Part shown: positions 25,203-36,434 of the stretch, one piece after another
Position numbering within the stretch: position 1 is the first letter of the stretch
Layout of the letters: each line of letters opens with the position of its first letter
From: Lama guanicoe
Taxonomy: Eukaryota
Direction: 5' to 3'
Assembly (NCBI GenBank): GCA_013239625.1
Contig: MU053810.1
Span: forward strand, 3,380,071-3,444,070
Length of the DNA stretch: 64,000 nucleotides
Made by a program: the position numbers and the translations under genes
Notes under the pieces: generated by a model
Databases searched by the model: none
What the model was told of the DNA's origin: nothing
The model's input: the letters and a program-made list of their open reading frames with translations, nothing else

Positions 25203-27224
25203 CATCTCTGGTTTATTAAAGTTACTTTAATAAAAAAAAAATTAAATAAATAATAAAATAATACTTTCTCTTAATAATAAAAAAAAAAAAAGAAATACAG
25301 TTGCCAAACAGAAAGTAGCAATCTAAATGCCAAAAGCACCAGGCATAGCTGAGGGAAGGAGTGGCGTTCAAATGATTAATTACACTCACACCGTTTCTCC
25401 CTTACACTGATCTCTCCCGCCGAGAGCTTAACAGACTTGTCAGTTAGTTACGTGTGAATCATCCTCCACTTGCCTAATTTGCCTTTGAAGTTAGTGCTTG
25501 GCAATCTGCACTTCCTTAAATACCAACTTACATGGTTTGTTTTTAGGGGGCAAAAAAAGGAAGGCACCCCAGCTCCTGTCCTAATATTTCAGCATCTAAG
25601 GATCTAATGGATCTGTTTCGGAGCTCACTTAAGAGGGCTGGTTCTTGAGAAACAGAATGAATTCTTTGTGGTAATGAATTCAGGAATCAAACCAGATCCA
25701 ATAGCATAAGCTCTGAAAGTTGGTTTCTGTGAAATGCCAGTGTAGCAGGTTAATTTTTTTAAAAAGGGGGTGGAGGGAACAAAGGCAGGCACACCCCTGA
25801 GTGCAGCAGCAGAGTCAGGGAGGAGATTTTCTTAGGACATCAAAGTTATCAGCTGTTCATTCCTTTTAAAGTACACAGTGTGTTTTCCTACGGCCTCTTT
25901 ACATAATGTAGAATTATTACATAATGTAGAATTATTCCTTTTCATTTTATATGATTTACATCTTTTACCATTCCAACATTTAATTCTTCAGAAGTGACTT
26001 ATTTTCACAGCAGTAAATATCAAGTCTAAGTGTGATCGAAGTTATTTCTCTGTGACACACGAAGCCCAGACCTGAATGTTAGCTCCACCACAGTTTTTAA
26101 AAGCAAACTGGGTGGCCACATCCTCCCTGCCCACTTCCCCTCAGCTCTCTCCCGGGCACACCTGAGCCTCTGCTCAGAACCTGGGGCTCTGTGGAAACCT
26201 CGGTCCTGGTCCCCAGAAGAGGGACGTCACTGGCAGCCCTGTAGGCCTTGCCTTTTCAAAATACGGCAAGCCTGGAGGTTTCTCTTGCCTGAGTGAGCCT
26301 GCGAGAAATTCTTGGAAATTTTCAACAACAGGGCAGAGTGGGCAGGCTCACAGATCTACAGGAAAATGTACCAGCTAAGTTGGATCTGCCTTAGGGGACT
26401 GTGCCAATATTCACCTTGGAAGGGCACCCAGGGCAGCAAAAGGAAATGCAATGGGGGATAAATTAGGATTTCTGGTTTGAAGCAAATGAGAGAAAGTGTT
26501 ATTAGACTTAAAATGTCAGTACTCTCACAGTGAAATGAATGGACTGTCGTCAAAAGACCAGAAAGTAGCGCTTGTGGTTCCGGACTCAGATTTCTGCTCT
26601 TAAAGAAATCCTCGGTTTTTAGGAATCTGGCCAGCTCTGCGAAAATTAGATCACTGAGGCCAGACCTGCACGGACTAGCAGACCTGACAGTGCCACGAGC
26701 TCTGTTTTAAAAGTCAAAACTGAGAACGAGGCAAACATGGGGAGCAAAGCCATAGGGCACATTTCTGCATGGTAGGTCCCCAGGGCAGGACAGGTGCCGC
26801 ACAGAAGTGTCCCCGGGACTGGTGGGCGCCTGGTGGTGACAGCGCTGCTGTGGTCGCTATACCATCCCACACAGCAGAGCCGTAAGAGGGGGCCTCTGAC
26901 AAAATGCAGTGGCCGAGTCAGGGTGGCCCAATTCAGAAAGCAGCACATCAGCAAGAATGAAAAATAAATCTCTAAGATTCCTAAGTGGCCTCTCCAAGTA
27001 CAGGAAATGCAAGTGCAACACACATACACAATCCCACGGGCTGGCAACACACTGGAGGGCAGAATCAAAAAGCAGACAGAACTCTTGAAAAAATTCTTAT
27101 ACAGAATGAAAATGACTATTATCTAATGACTTGCTGTGACAAGGGCATGAATCCCATTTTCCATTTTACAGGGTGAAAGGCTGGATGAAGCCCATTTGAA
27201 ACAAATGTTACAAAAGCGACTCAC

Positions 27225-27321
27225 CTGGAAATCCTGATCGTCGATTCCAAACCTCTCCCGCAGGTTACGGAAAACCATCGGGCAGTATTCCTTAAACTTG
27301 AAGTGGCTCGGCATGTTTTCT
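27225..27321 (-). CDS. PIP4K2A: PIP4K2A internal coding exon (probably exon 3), 97 nt
   Basis: (K)[32 protein letters not shown]. Acceptor tttcag| and donor |gtgagt. 98+97 nt = 65 codons, in frame with the previous exon. Confidence 0.97.
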
Positions 27322-27638
27322 CTGAAACAGGCAAATGGTGGAAGAAAGCTCAGACGTGCAGAGGGGGAACTGGCCTTGGATGGGCTGCCGTCTTGTTTCC
27401 CTGTAGCCACAGAAGAGCTTAGGGTTCCCACCCACAGGAGGCACAGGTGTGCTGCGAGGGACCAACTATAACCCACATTAAGATCTGGGGGACAGAAGGG
27501 AGACATACAAGGGGATTGGTGAAGGCAAAACAAATTGCTTGGTGAGTCAGGGAAGGGCAGCAGAGAGCCACCAACAGCGCCCCCTACACTCATCCTGGGC
27601 TACCTGCTAATGGAAGTGTACAAAACAAGACTGTCAGG

Positions 27639-27717
27639 TGGGGGCTGGGGGTGGGGCTCAGTGGTGGAGCACGTGCTTGATGTGCTGGGTTCTAGGCCTC
27701 CGTCAAGGGGGGGAAAA
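27639..27717 (+). mobile_element. Degenerate tRNA-derived SINE in the intron between the 98- and 97-nt exons
   Basis: gctcagtggtggagcacgtgctt...ctgggttc. 12-bp TSD aaaacaagactg at 27622-27633 and 27718-27729. Confidence 0.75.
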
Positions 27718-28620
27718 AAAACAAGACTGCCTGTCACTCCTGGAACCACCTGTTTTACCTTTTATATAAATACTGCATTCTAAAACCATACAGAAATGGT
27801 CCCCTTAAAAGGTCACCCTTTAAACGGCATTGTGAGAATAATTAACACATCAGCTGCACCTTAGAACAATGGCCCCATTAAGAAATTTCACAATGGGTCC
27901 TCACGTCGGAGGGGTTTCACTGGGGCTCAGCCCACTCTTTCAGAATTGCTTCCTCCTTCGTGTTCACAGACACACATTCCCCTCTGTTGTGGGACTCTGC
28001 GCACAAATGATGGTGATTTGTATGTGCGTCCATTTTCAACACCCCACCCGACTGTGAACCGCCCCCGCTAAGGGCTGTACTGTTTTTCATACATCCGAGT
28101 ATCTCCCGCTGTCAATGAACTGCCCTCCCCCAGACGGTGTTCCATGACGTCTAACTTGACATTGAAAAGAAGGAGAAACAGTCTCAATGCCCACCATGGC
28201 ATCCAATTACATTTGATATAAGTACACCTTAATTCTTTATTGCTCTAGGAATTAGTCATCTCTGTTCATAAAGTAATCATTAGCGGGGTTTTGTGTAAGA
28301 GAGCTGAGGTCCATAGCTGCTAAAAAAAAAAAAGTCCAAGCAATTTACAGCTTCAAACATTTAAATTGTAATGAGAATATCACTTTTAACATATAAGATA
28401 TTCATAGAGAACAATATGCCATATGGCAAAAAGATATTACCCAAGAGGGCCTGCTGTTGCTTTTCTGAAAATGACAGATGGTTATGTTTATCACAGGATT
28501 TACTTCATCAGCAAAACTTTACTCCCACCCATTGAAAAATAATGTGATTCTAGAAATTCACAAAAATCATACTTCTGGCAGCCACGCCAGTTCTTATAAA
28601 AAGGTGGTGCTGGTACTTAC

Positions 28621-28718
28621 TTGTTAAAAAGGTGATTGTCCACCTTTATCTTTGAATAGGCTTTGAAATCATCTGGCATCAACATGACAGGGATTTGAAC
28701 GTGGCTCAGTTCGTTGAT
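28621..28718 (-). CDS. PIP4K2A: PIP4K2A internal coding exon (probably exon 2), 98 nt
   Basis: Translates [32 protein letters not shown] plus a split K codon. Acceptor tag| at 28719-28721 and donor |gtaagt at 28615-28620. The peptide matches the PIP4K2A N-terminal region as I recall it. Missed by the ORF track. Confidence 0.97.
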
Positions 28719-28829
28719 CTAGAAAAATATAAAATAAATGACACAGGTTGTTACTATCCAGGTGGACAGTGCTTGACTTGAACGTGTAATTTACTGAGAA
28801 AATATGGTGGGCGCTAGGACTTCCCAGCC

Positions 28830-29175
28830 CACCTTCCCCGCTGTTCCTGTCCCGCATCATCTCTCCCGGTGCTGTCCTCACTGTCTCAGCAGAATCCCCC
28901 ACTGCCTCCCACCTCACCTCCAGTTCCAACTCCCACTGCTCACCCCTGTCTGCTGCTGGGCCTCCTGGATGGCAGTGATGGGAGGGATTCTGGAGGGTGA
29001 CCCCTCATGGCCAGCTGTCCCTGCTTCCCCCATCCCTCCTCCCACTTCCCATCCAGAGCCTCAACCCAGGGCTCCTTCAATCACATGTCCAGGTCAACTT
29101 CCCTCTGTAAAGAAAATACTGTCTGAGAAAGAGGGTTTTTAAATGTCTGATAGTAATATTTGTTGAATGAATGGC
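28830..29175 (+). mobile_element. L2 3' fragment
   Basis: Ends in the L2 tail aatatttgttgaatgaatg. Confidence 0.5.
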
Positions 29176-29875
29176 TATGACTATTTCTTTACACTTCTGG
29201 GTATTCAAAAGGCAGCGCTGTCAGTCATATGATCTTTACCTTATACGAACTAAATTTAAAAGTAAGTATTGGGGTGGGGCATGAGTTTACCAGAAGAGGA
29301 ACCCTCATGAAGGAAAAGAAGAAAACATATGGCCCTGGGATTAAATCAGAGGGAGGCGGGTTGCCCAGGGGTCAAGACGAAAGCACAGCTTTATGTGGTT
29401 ATAGCCAATAAAAGGTTAAGCCCAGTTCCACTTACATTCCCACGAGTGGCAGGGACAGCTTTGGACACCTGACTTGGTGAGAGCTGAACTTTCTCTGGGT
29501 CAGTTACTTTTCATCTCAGTTCCCAAGCTATATAACTCCCTAGTTGCTAGTAATAAAAGCCACTTTAAAGGTTTATGCTTCCAGTAAATGGAAGATACTC
29601 GGAAGGGCTCTCAGTTACAAAAACAAAAAACAAACCAAAAGTACGAGTTCTTTGATGGACAGAGTTGTTAACCTTTTGCTGGGTTCATAGAAAGTAGGGG
29701 ACTCGTCAAGGCGCCTTCCTTCCCCGACAGTGAGTTGAATCCACAGGGCGTGTGCTGACCATCAAGGAAGCGTGGAGGGAGGGGCTTCTCTGAAGATAAA
29801 TGCCAGTTTCACACTAGGGGTCAGAGCGTAGCTGGGGAGCTCAACCCAAGACTTCGACATGGAACTAAGACCTTT

Positions 29876-30015
29876 TTTAAAAAAATTGGGGGGGGTAGGT
29901 AATTAGGTTTATTGGTTTTTTACTTGTTTATTTTAATGGAGGTACTGGGGGGATTGAACCCAGGACCTCGATGCATGCTAAGTGTGCACTTTACCACTAG
30001 AGCTATACCGTCCCC
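29876..30015 (-). mobile_element. tRNA-Ala-derived SINE (Vic-1-like), long-tail form, with TSD
   Basis: aatggaggtactggggggattgaacccaggacctc...gctaag...accactagagctataccgtcccc. TSD aactRagaccttt at 29863-29875 and 30021-30033. Confidence 0.9.
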
Positions 30016-30124
30016 GCTTAAACTGAGACCTTTGAAGGAAGCAAAAGGGGTCCCAGCACCTGGTAGAAGTAAATGCAAATGGTGCCTGGAAGAAAGCGTC
30101 CCTGACATGGAATGTTTTTGAACA

Positions 30125-30560
30125 GTAAGAGCTGGTGAGCTTCTGGGTTGGTGAGCACATCCATGTGCCAGGAGGGTGATGCACCCGAGTCCACAGACAG
30201 ACGCTCCTGCACTGGGGCCCTTCTGAGCCTTGCCCTATGTACTGCTCCATCTGTATGCTTTATAACCTCTTCTGTAATAAACTGGTAAACATATAAACAT
30301 GCTTTTTCTGAGTTCTGTGCACTGCTTAGCAAATTAACGGACTCTGAGGAGGGGGCTGTGGGAAACTCTGATTTGACAGCCAGGAGGTCAGAGGCACAGG
30401 TAACAGCCTTGACTTGTGGTTGGCATCTGAAGTGGGGGAGAAGCGCAGTCTTGTGCGCCTGGGCCCTTAACCGGTGGGGTCTGATGTGAGCTCCAGGAAG
30501 ACGGTGCCAGAACTGACGTACTGCCTCGTGGCACTGGAAAGAACACATGTGGCATAAACC
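30125..30560 (+). mobile_element. MER21-like LTR fragment
   Basis: gagcttctgggttggtgagcacat...ccttgccctatg...taataaactggtaaac...ctgagttctgtg...ggcatctgaagtgggg...cccttaacc, matching the recalled MER21 consensus. Confidence 0.75.
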
Positions 30561-32229
30561 CATCAAAACTACCAAAAAAGAGGGCAAAATAAAGGCTCTC
30601 AACTGAGAACTACGCCACAACATGCCTCACTAAAGGAACTTACAAGCTTGAGAAGCACATTATTTAAACTCTGAGGACATACTTCAGAAAGAAGGTAAAC
30701 ATTGTGGGTGGAAGGTCTGAGATACAAAGACTACTATATTCACATAGTACTTAATATTTATAATAATTACCACAGGGTTATATTATGCTGGGCACTGCAC
30801 AAATCTTCAAACCTAACAAATCAGATTGGATACCACTGCCCTCATTTCCTGATTTGCGTTGATTTCCTTGTGGTACCTGCTTTTTTCCACAGAACTGTTG
30901 AGAATTCAGCTTTCCAAAGATAATCATTGTGCCATGGGAGGGAGTACCAAGTTGAAATCGACAGCTCCCTCGCACTAGTAGTTCGCGTGGTGTCTTACAG
31001 ATGTCGAGATCACCAGGCTTCCCTTGAATTTTTGAAGTGTCCCGTGGCGTGCCTCCTGAATTTGCTGCAATGCCCTAGGCTACCTGGGCAGTTATGGGAC
31101 CACAGATACAAACAGCAGCAGATGTTTAAAACAGCGAATGATATAATCTAATCACGGAAGAAGATAATCAGAATCATCCCCTACCGTGCATTGTATTGGA
31201 TTATAACCTATAGCCACTTTATATTCATCCCAAACAATTTTAATTACAAGCATCAGTTAATCCTTAACCCTTATAAACTGATGGTCCTTATAACCCTTCC
31301 AAGCAAGTAGTTTTCTTGGGATAGCGCAGTATCAACTGCATTTGTGCAAAGCCAAATTACAATTCTGTTCCTCTCAGATAATGGCAGTAACTTCATCAGA
31401 CATCACTTTCAGCCGATTTTATTTTATACTATATTATTAGAATCTCCTTCATGTTACAGCCCATAAAAGTGCATGAAACTTCCACTCAGCCACAACACTA
31501 GACTAATTTAAAATAATCTCTCCCATTCAGTTTACTCAAGTATCTTGCAATGCTAAATAATTTTCAGCATATGTTTGTAAAAAAATTAAAATCTACATTA
31601 TCTTTATGCTAGCACTGAAATATCAAAGTTTGAAAGAAAAAAAAAAGAATCAGAACTGAAACCCAAGCCTTGTGACAAGCACAGTCAGACCGAGGCTGGT
31701 GGCAGTTAAATCAATTTCTCAAGACCCTGTGGAACTAGGAGGGAATAAGTAAAAACAAAGGAAGTTCACAGGGTGACAAGGAAAAATTAAGCAACAATCA
31801 ACTCTATATTACTTTCACCAAATTACACAGAAGAAAGTTGCAAAGAACATAATAGGTGATTCCTGTCACATCTCTGCTTCCCGTGGCTACTGAGAAAGCA
31901 AAACCAGATGTGGAAGCAGCGACGTCCAAGTCCGTCCTTTCCTCCCTCATGCCGCTGACATCTGTACTGGTGACAGAATCTTCTTTAGAAAGCAAGCAGG
32001 AAAAGAGAAACTTTGGTTATCTTTTTTGCTCTATATACTTTCTGCTCTGAAAAATGTTTTCTGGTAAAAACATGAACACCTTCTGGCCAAAATGGAATGT
32101 GTAAGCTGCAAATTTCCCTTATAGATATTTATCCCACACCCATCCTTCCACGAGTGCAATGTGCACGCATCCACTCGGTCGGGCACTGGGCAAAGCCCGG
32201 TGGTCATGCTCACGGTGTTTACAGTCTAG

Positions 32230-33700
32230 AGGAGGACACACATTGACTGAAGAAGTGCAAGATGGAAAATGCCAACAGTGACAGGTGTCAAGAGGGAGGA
32301 GGTCACCAGGCTATGGACCACGGTGGTGACAGAGGTGAGGGGGGGCCAGCCTGGAGCAGGACAAGTCAGGGGGACAGGGGTCCCAGAAAGTAGGGTTGCA
32401 GGTACAAAGGCCTTGTGGCAGGGTGGGGGGTACAGTTAACAGGAGAGATGAGAGGTCAGTGTGTTCTGGCTGCAGAAATCCAGGGGGCACATGCTGGGAT
32501 GTGGCTGAACAGCCTAAGAGGACTGTGAGTGGCCATAGGGGACTCCAAGAGAGGACAGAAGGTGTAGGGGTGAAGGAGGAAGATCCAGCAATACTGAGGG
32601 GGTAGAAACATGGGCTGCTGTGACAAGACAGACCGTGGTTCCATCTACTGAGATAGAGCATTTCAAGGGAACAGTTCAGTTTTGAACTTGTTAAATTTGA
32701 TGTGCTCTTGAGACATCTTGAGTGTGTCAGGTGGGCAGGTGGACGTGTGGCTCTGACGTCCCCAGGGGAGGCAGGAGCAGGAGGTAAAACTACGTACACC
32801 TGTGTGTAAGGGTCACTCCACAGGGTGAAGGAGGCAGCCTGGAGAGGGGACAGAATGAGAGGGCGGGAGGGCCCAGCAGCAGTCTTGGAGAACGCCGGGA
32901 AGGGGAGGATGAGCCTGCAAAGGAGAGCAGGAAGGACTGAGAACAGGGCGGGAGGGCCCAGAAGCAGTCACCTCGTGGACACGCAGGAGAGAGCGCGCTG
33001 AGAACATGTTGACAGCTTCTGAGACGTGGAGTGGGACAGTGATTGGAAAATGGCAGCTGGGCTGAGCAACAGGTGGGGGATCTCTGGGGACCTGGGGGGT
33101 GGGGGAGGGTTGACGGAGCACAGCAGTGGAAACGAGGCTGGGGCACGTGGGAGAGTGCACCCTGGATCAGCCTAGGTGTTCAGAAGTCTGGAAGGAGAGA
33201 GAGGAGGAGGCCTGAGGGATGGAGAAAGGGGCTGAGTCCACAGAAGGGATAACCCTTCCATGGCACCTGCGGGGAAAGTGGAAGGGGCTGGGATCCGAGC
33301 CCACCTGAAGGACAAGGCTTTGGGGAGGCAAATCCTTCACCAGGAAGAGGGAAAAGAGACTGGCGCTGGGTGGCAGGGGCAGAAGCTGACTGAGGGGAGA
33401 CGGGCGGCCCCTATCCCTGGCTCCCTGTATCTCTAGGAAGTAAGGAGCCATGACCATCTGCTGAGGATGAGGGCAGGCTGAGGGGCTCAGGGGCTCAGGG
33501 AGAACACAGAGAACTTGAAAAAGTGATTGCAGAATGTGGGAGGACAAGTCAGAAGAGAGAAATGCGGCTGGGCTTTGGGGCGGCACGGGGAGGCCGTGAT
33601 GGTTAATTTACAGGGAACCGAGCGGACTCCTGGAGGCACAGACGTTCCAGCAGAGCTTGGCTGCAGGGTGTAGGGTTGATGGAGGTGACTGGGCTTTTCT
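32230..33700 (-). mobile_element. L2 LINE relic
   Basis: Purine-rich segment with ttcagttttgaacttgttaaatttgatgtgctcttgagacatc, a characteristic reverse L2 motif. Confidence 0.7.
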
Positions 33701-35904
33701 GGGTTTGAGGTCTTTGCTAGTCAGGTGGGCCAGAAAAAGACATGAAGCTATGAAATGTCACAGGAAGAGCAATGGAATTCATTGTAGGATAATCACAGGG
33801 TGAAAAGTCAGTACCAAACACTTATCGCTGACCATAAAGAGCTCCCCACTGTAGCTGGAGGGGTGTCACATACACAGAGGGAAGGACAAAGCAGCAGAGA
33901 AGGAAAGCTGGAGGCTGGACAGCGAGTGTCCCAGGAACTCAGGGACAGGCGTGGGGAAGGGCGTCTGGGAGGGACTGAAGCCCGTGGTGGCTGTTGAAAG
34001 ACGGAGAGATGTGACTCGTGTTTTATTTTCCAATCACGAGCTTCATAGGTCTATGAACGCGACTCAACACAAAGAGAAGAAGATTCCACCTTCACAAATC
34101 AAGAGTTCCCCAGGAAGAAGGGAACATTTGGCCCTTGTTAGGGGAGAAAAGAAATGAGAAATCAAAGATGATGAAATTAAAAGAGACTCAGTGATCCCAC
34201 TCTAACCCCTCATTTTGCAGATTACAATACATCCTGGTCTGTCTGTCAAGGTCAAGGACGAACTTGACCCTGAGTTTATGAGATAGCAGTAGCCGTGGGC
34301 ATTTTAACTTTCTCCCAGACTGTCTTTCCTTCACAATGGCTTCACATTTCCTTTGGGTTTCTCTTTTGCCCCCAAATTCTCTCCCCACACCCCTTGGTCA
34401 GGTGAGTAGCTAGATTTAATGACTTGTAAACAAATATTTCACAAACCAGGGGATCTACCACTTAAATGAAGCTCTTAATTAGTAAAAACAATATTTTTCA
34501 AGAATGTATCCATAAGCCCCTATATTTTTTTTCCTATAAGAACATTTTATTATTTTTCTTAATATGGGGGCTCATGAGTCATTCATCAATTTTACCAAAA
34601 TGTATTAATTACAGTGCTTCCTGATAATGAACAGAAAGCCATTTAACTTCCTGGATAATTCTCCCCTGTAGCCTATGACTTTGACATCACACAAACTAAA
34701 ACATATCCTTGTCTCTAATTCACTTGAATGAACTGATGCAGATAATGACAACAAGCTATTATGTTGAATAAAACTGAGTTAATCCTATTTGTTAATGCCT
34801 GTATTACACACAGGGCTATGGGGCTGTGAATTTTCAGACCCCAGGACAAAATTCCTGGGTTTCAAAGTCTTCAGTTTGAGAAAATTTTAATTTACCGGTT
34901 TGACATTCTGCCTAGCCCAACCATTGTATATGGCCTACTTCAAAATTGGCAGCAAAACTAATAATGGTTTATCATGATTAGCTTACAACAGTATTTTTAT
35001 TAAAGCATTTATACTTTTCTGTCTTTCTTTAAAGATACTTTATAGTTACACAGGAAACACACACACACACACATATATAATTTCATTTATAGATGGGACA
35101 TAATATTCATGAAAGAAAACAAAAAGATTTGTGTTAACCATTACCATTTTGAAGAAAGAATGCCACACTGCCATTGGACTAAGCATGTATCATGAAATCC
35201 AAATAGTTTCTAATTTATGGAGACAAAAGTGCTTTTGGAGTTTACTTATTAAACTTCTACTAGGTTAGTTAAATAATAAACTGAAAGCACTAGATCTATT
35301 ATTAAGGCCACATTTAAGGTTCCTTCAGTTTGCAAATATTTAATAGACTCTCACAACAAATGCGCAACATCACTTTACACTTGTGAAGTACTTAATAGTT
35401 GTCAAACCACTTGGGCAAATAGTTTTTCATTTTCTCTTTGCGCTGAGAGTCACATTCACAGACCTACACAGCTCATGATGGGAAAAATACGCTGTAGATG
35501 CCGCCACACAGAGAGGCTGCAGGCTGGGTCCCCCGGTGCCCTGGGGACGGCCGCCTGTTCCTGGTTATGCCGTGCCGGTCACCCCCAACCAGCCTGGCGG
35601 GCACCAGCCCAGACATTCCGCTTAGCCACTGGGTGTCAGTGTGGACAGTGCTGGGGCCCAACATAAGTTGTTAAATAAAGAAGCTGTTGTTAACATCAGT
35701 TGACACAAGGGCCAAGTTGGGGTGGGGAGGGCGAGTCCAAGGTTTTGTACAAAGTACCCAAATGTTCCTGATCCAGAGACAGTGTGTAGAGGGGAAGGTA
35801 TTGTTCACATGGGGAGGGGGCGGAGGGAGCCACTGAGGTCCAGGCCCCCCTTGGCCTTAACGCACGTTAACACTTGTTAACCTTGCTGACACCAGCCGAG
35901 CATC

Positions 35905-36010
35905 ACATTAAACACTTTAGACATAGTATCTTATCTGATATTTACAACCAAATGGAGTAGGTACTATTATTATCTCCATTTTCCAGATAAGAAAACAGGC
36001 TTTGTGAAAT
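35905..36010 (-). mobile_element. MIR SINE
   Basis: gtaggtactattattatctccattttccagataagaaaac. Confidence 0.7.
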
Positions 36011-36396
36011 TAGGTAAACTAATTCAGCCTAAATCTTCCTCAGTCAGGCAACTCACTTGAGTTATCTCAAATATGCAATTCAGAGACTGGGGCTGGCTGA
36101 CCCTAAGATCCATGGGAGATCCTGACAGCCTACGAGGTAAGGGTCACAGCAACTTCAGAAGACACCCGCCTGAAATTCAAGTCTTCATTGTCTTAAAAAC
36201 TTCCAAAGGAGTCCTTTCCTTTTTTCTTTAAGGAGTAATTAAATAGATTGTTTAGAGTCAGTGATTTAAAGCATGTGTAATCGAATATGCACTGCGATCA
36301 GCTGTGATTTTGTTAAGTGCAAGCTAAATTTGGAAAGACCTGTGTCACTGAAAAGTTTTCATTTCTCTGACATTCCTTGGTATTTCAAAAAAAGGG

Positions 36397-36434
36397 AAAA
36401 TGTTGTAAATCAGCTATACTTCAATTAAAAATAC
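36397..36434 (+). mobile_element. About 38-bp L1 3'-terminal stub
   Basis: atgttgtaaatcagctatacttcaattaaaaa flanked by aaaaaaggg at 36388-36396 and 36435-36443. Confidence 0.6.

Noticed and set aside
27123..27593. 156-aa ORF as a standalone gene
   Set aside because: Only 27225-27321 is coding. The rest is intron read-through beyond clear splice sites.
30018..30623. 201-aa minus-strand ORF
   Set aside because: Largely an antisense read-through of the MER21-like LTR, with no protein features.
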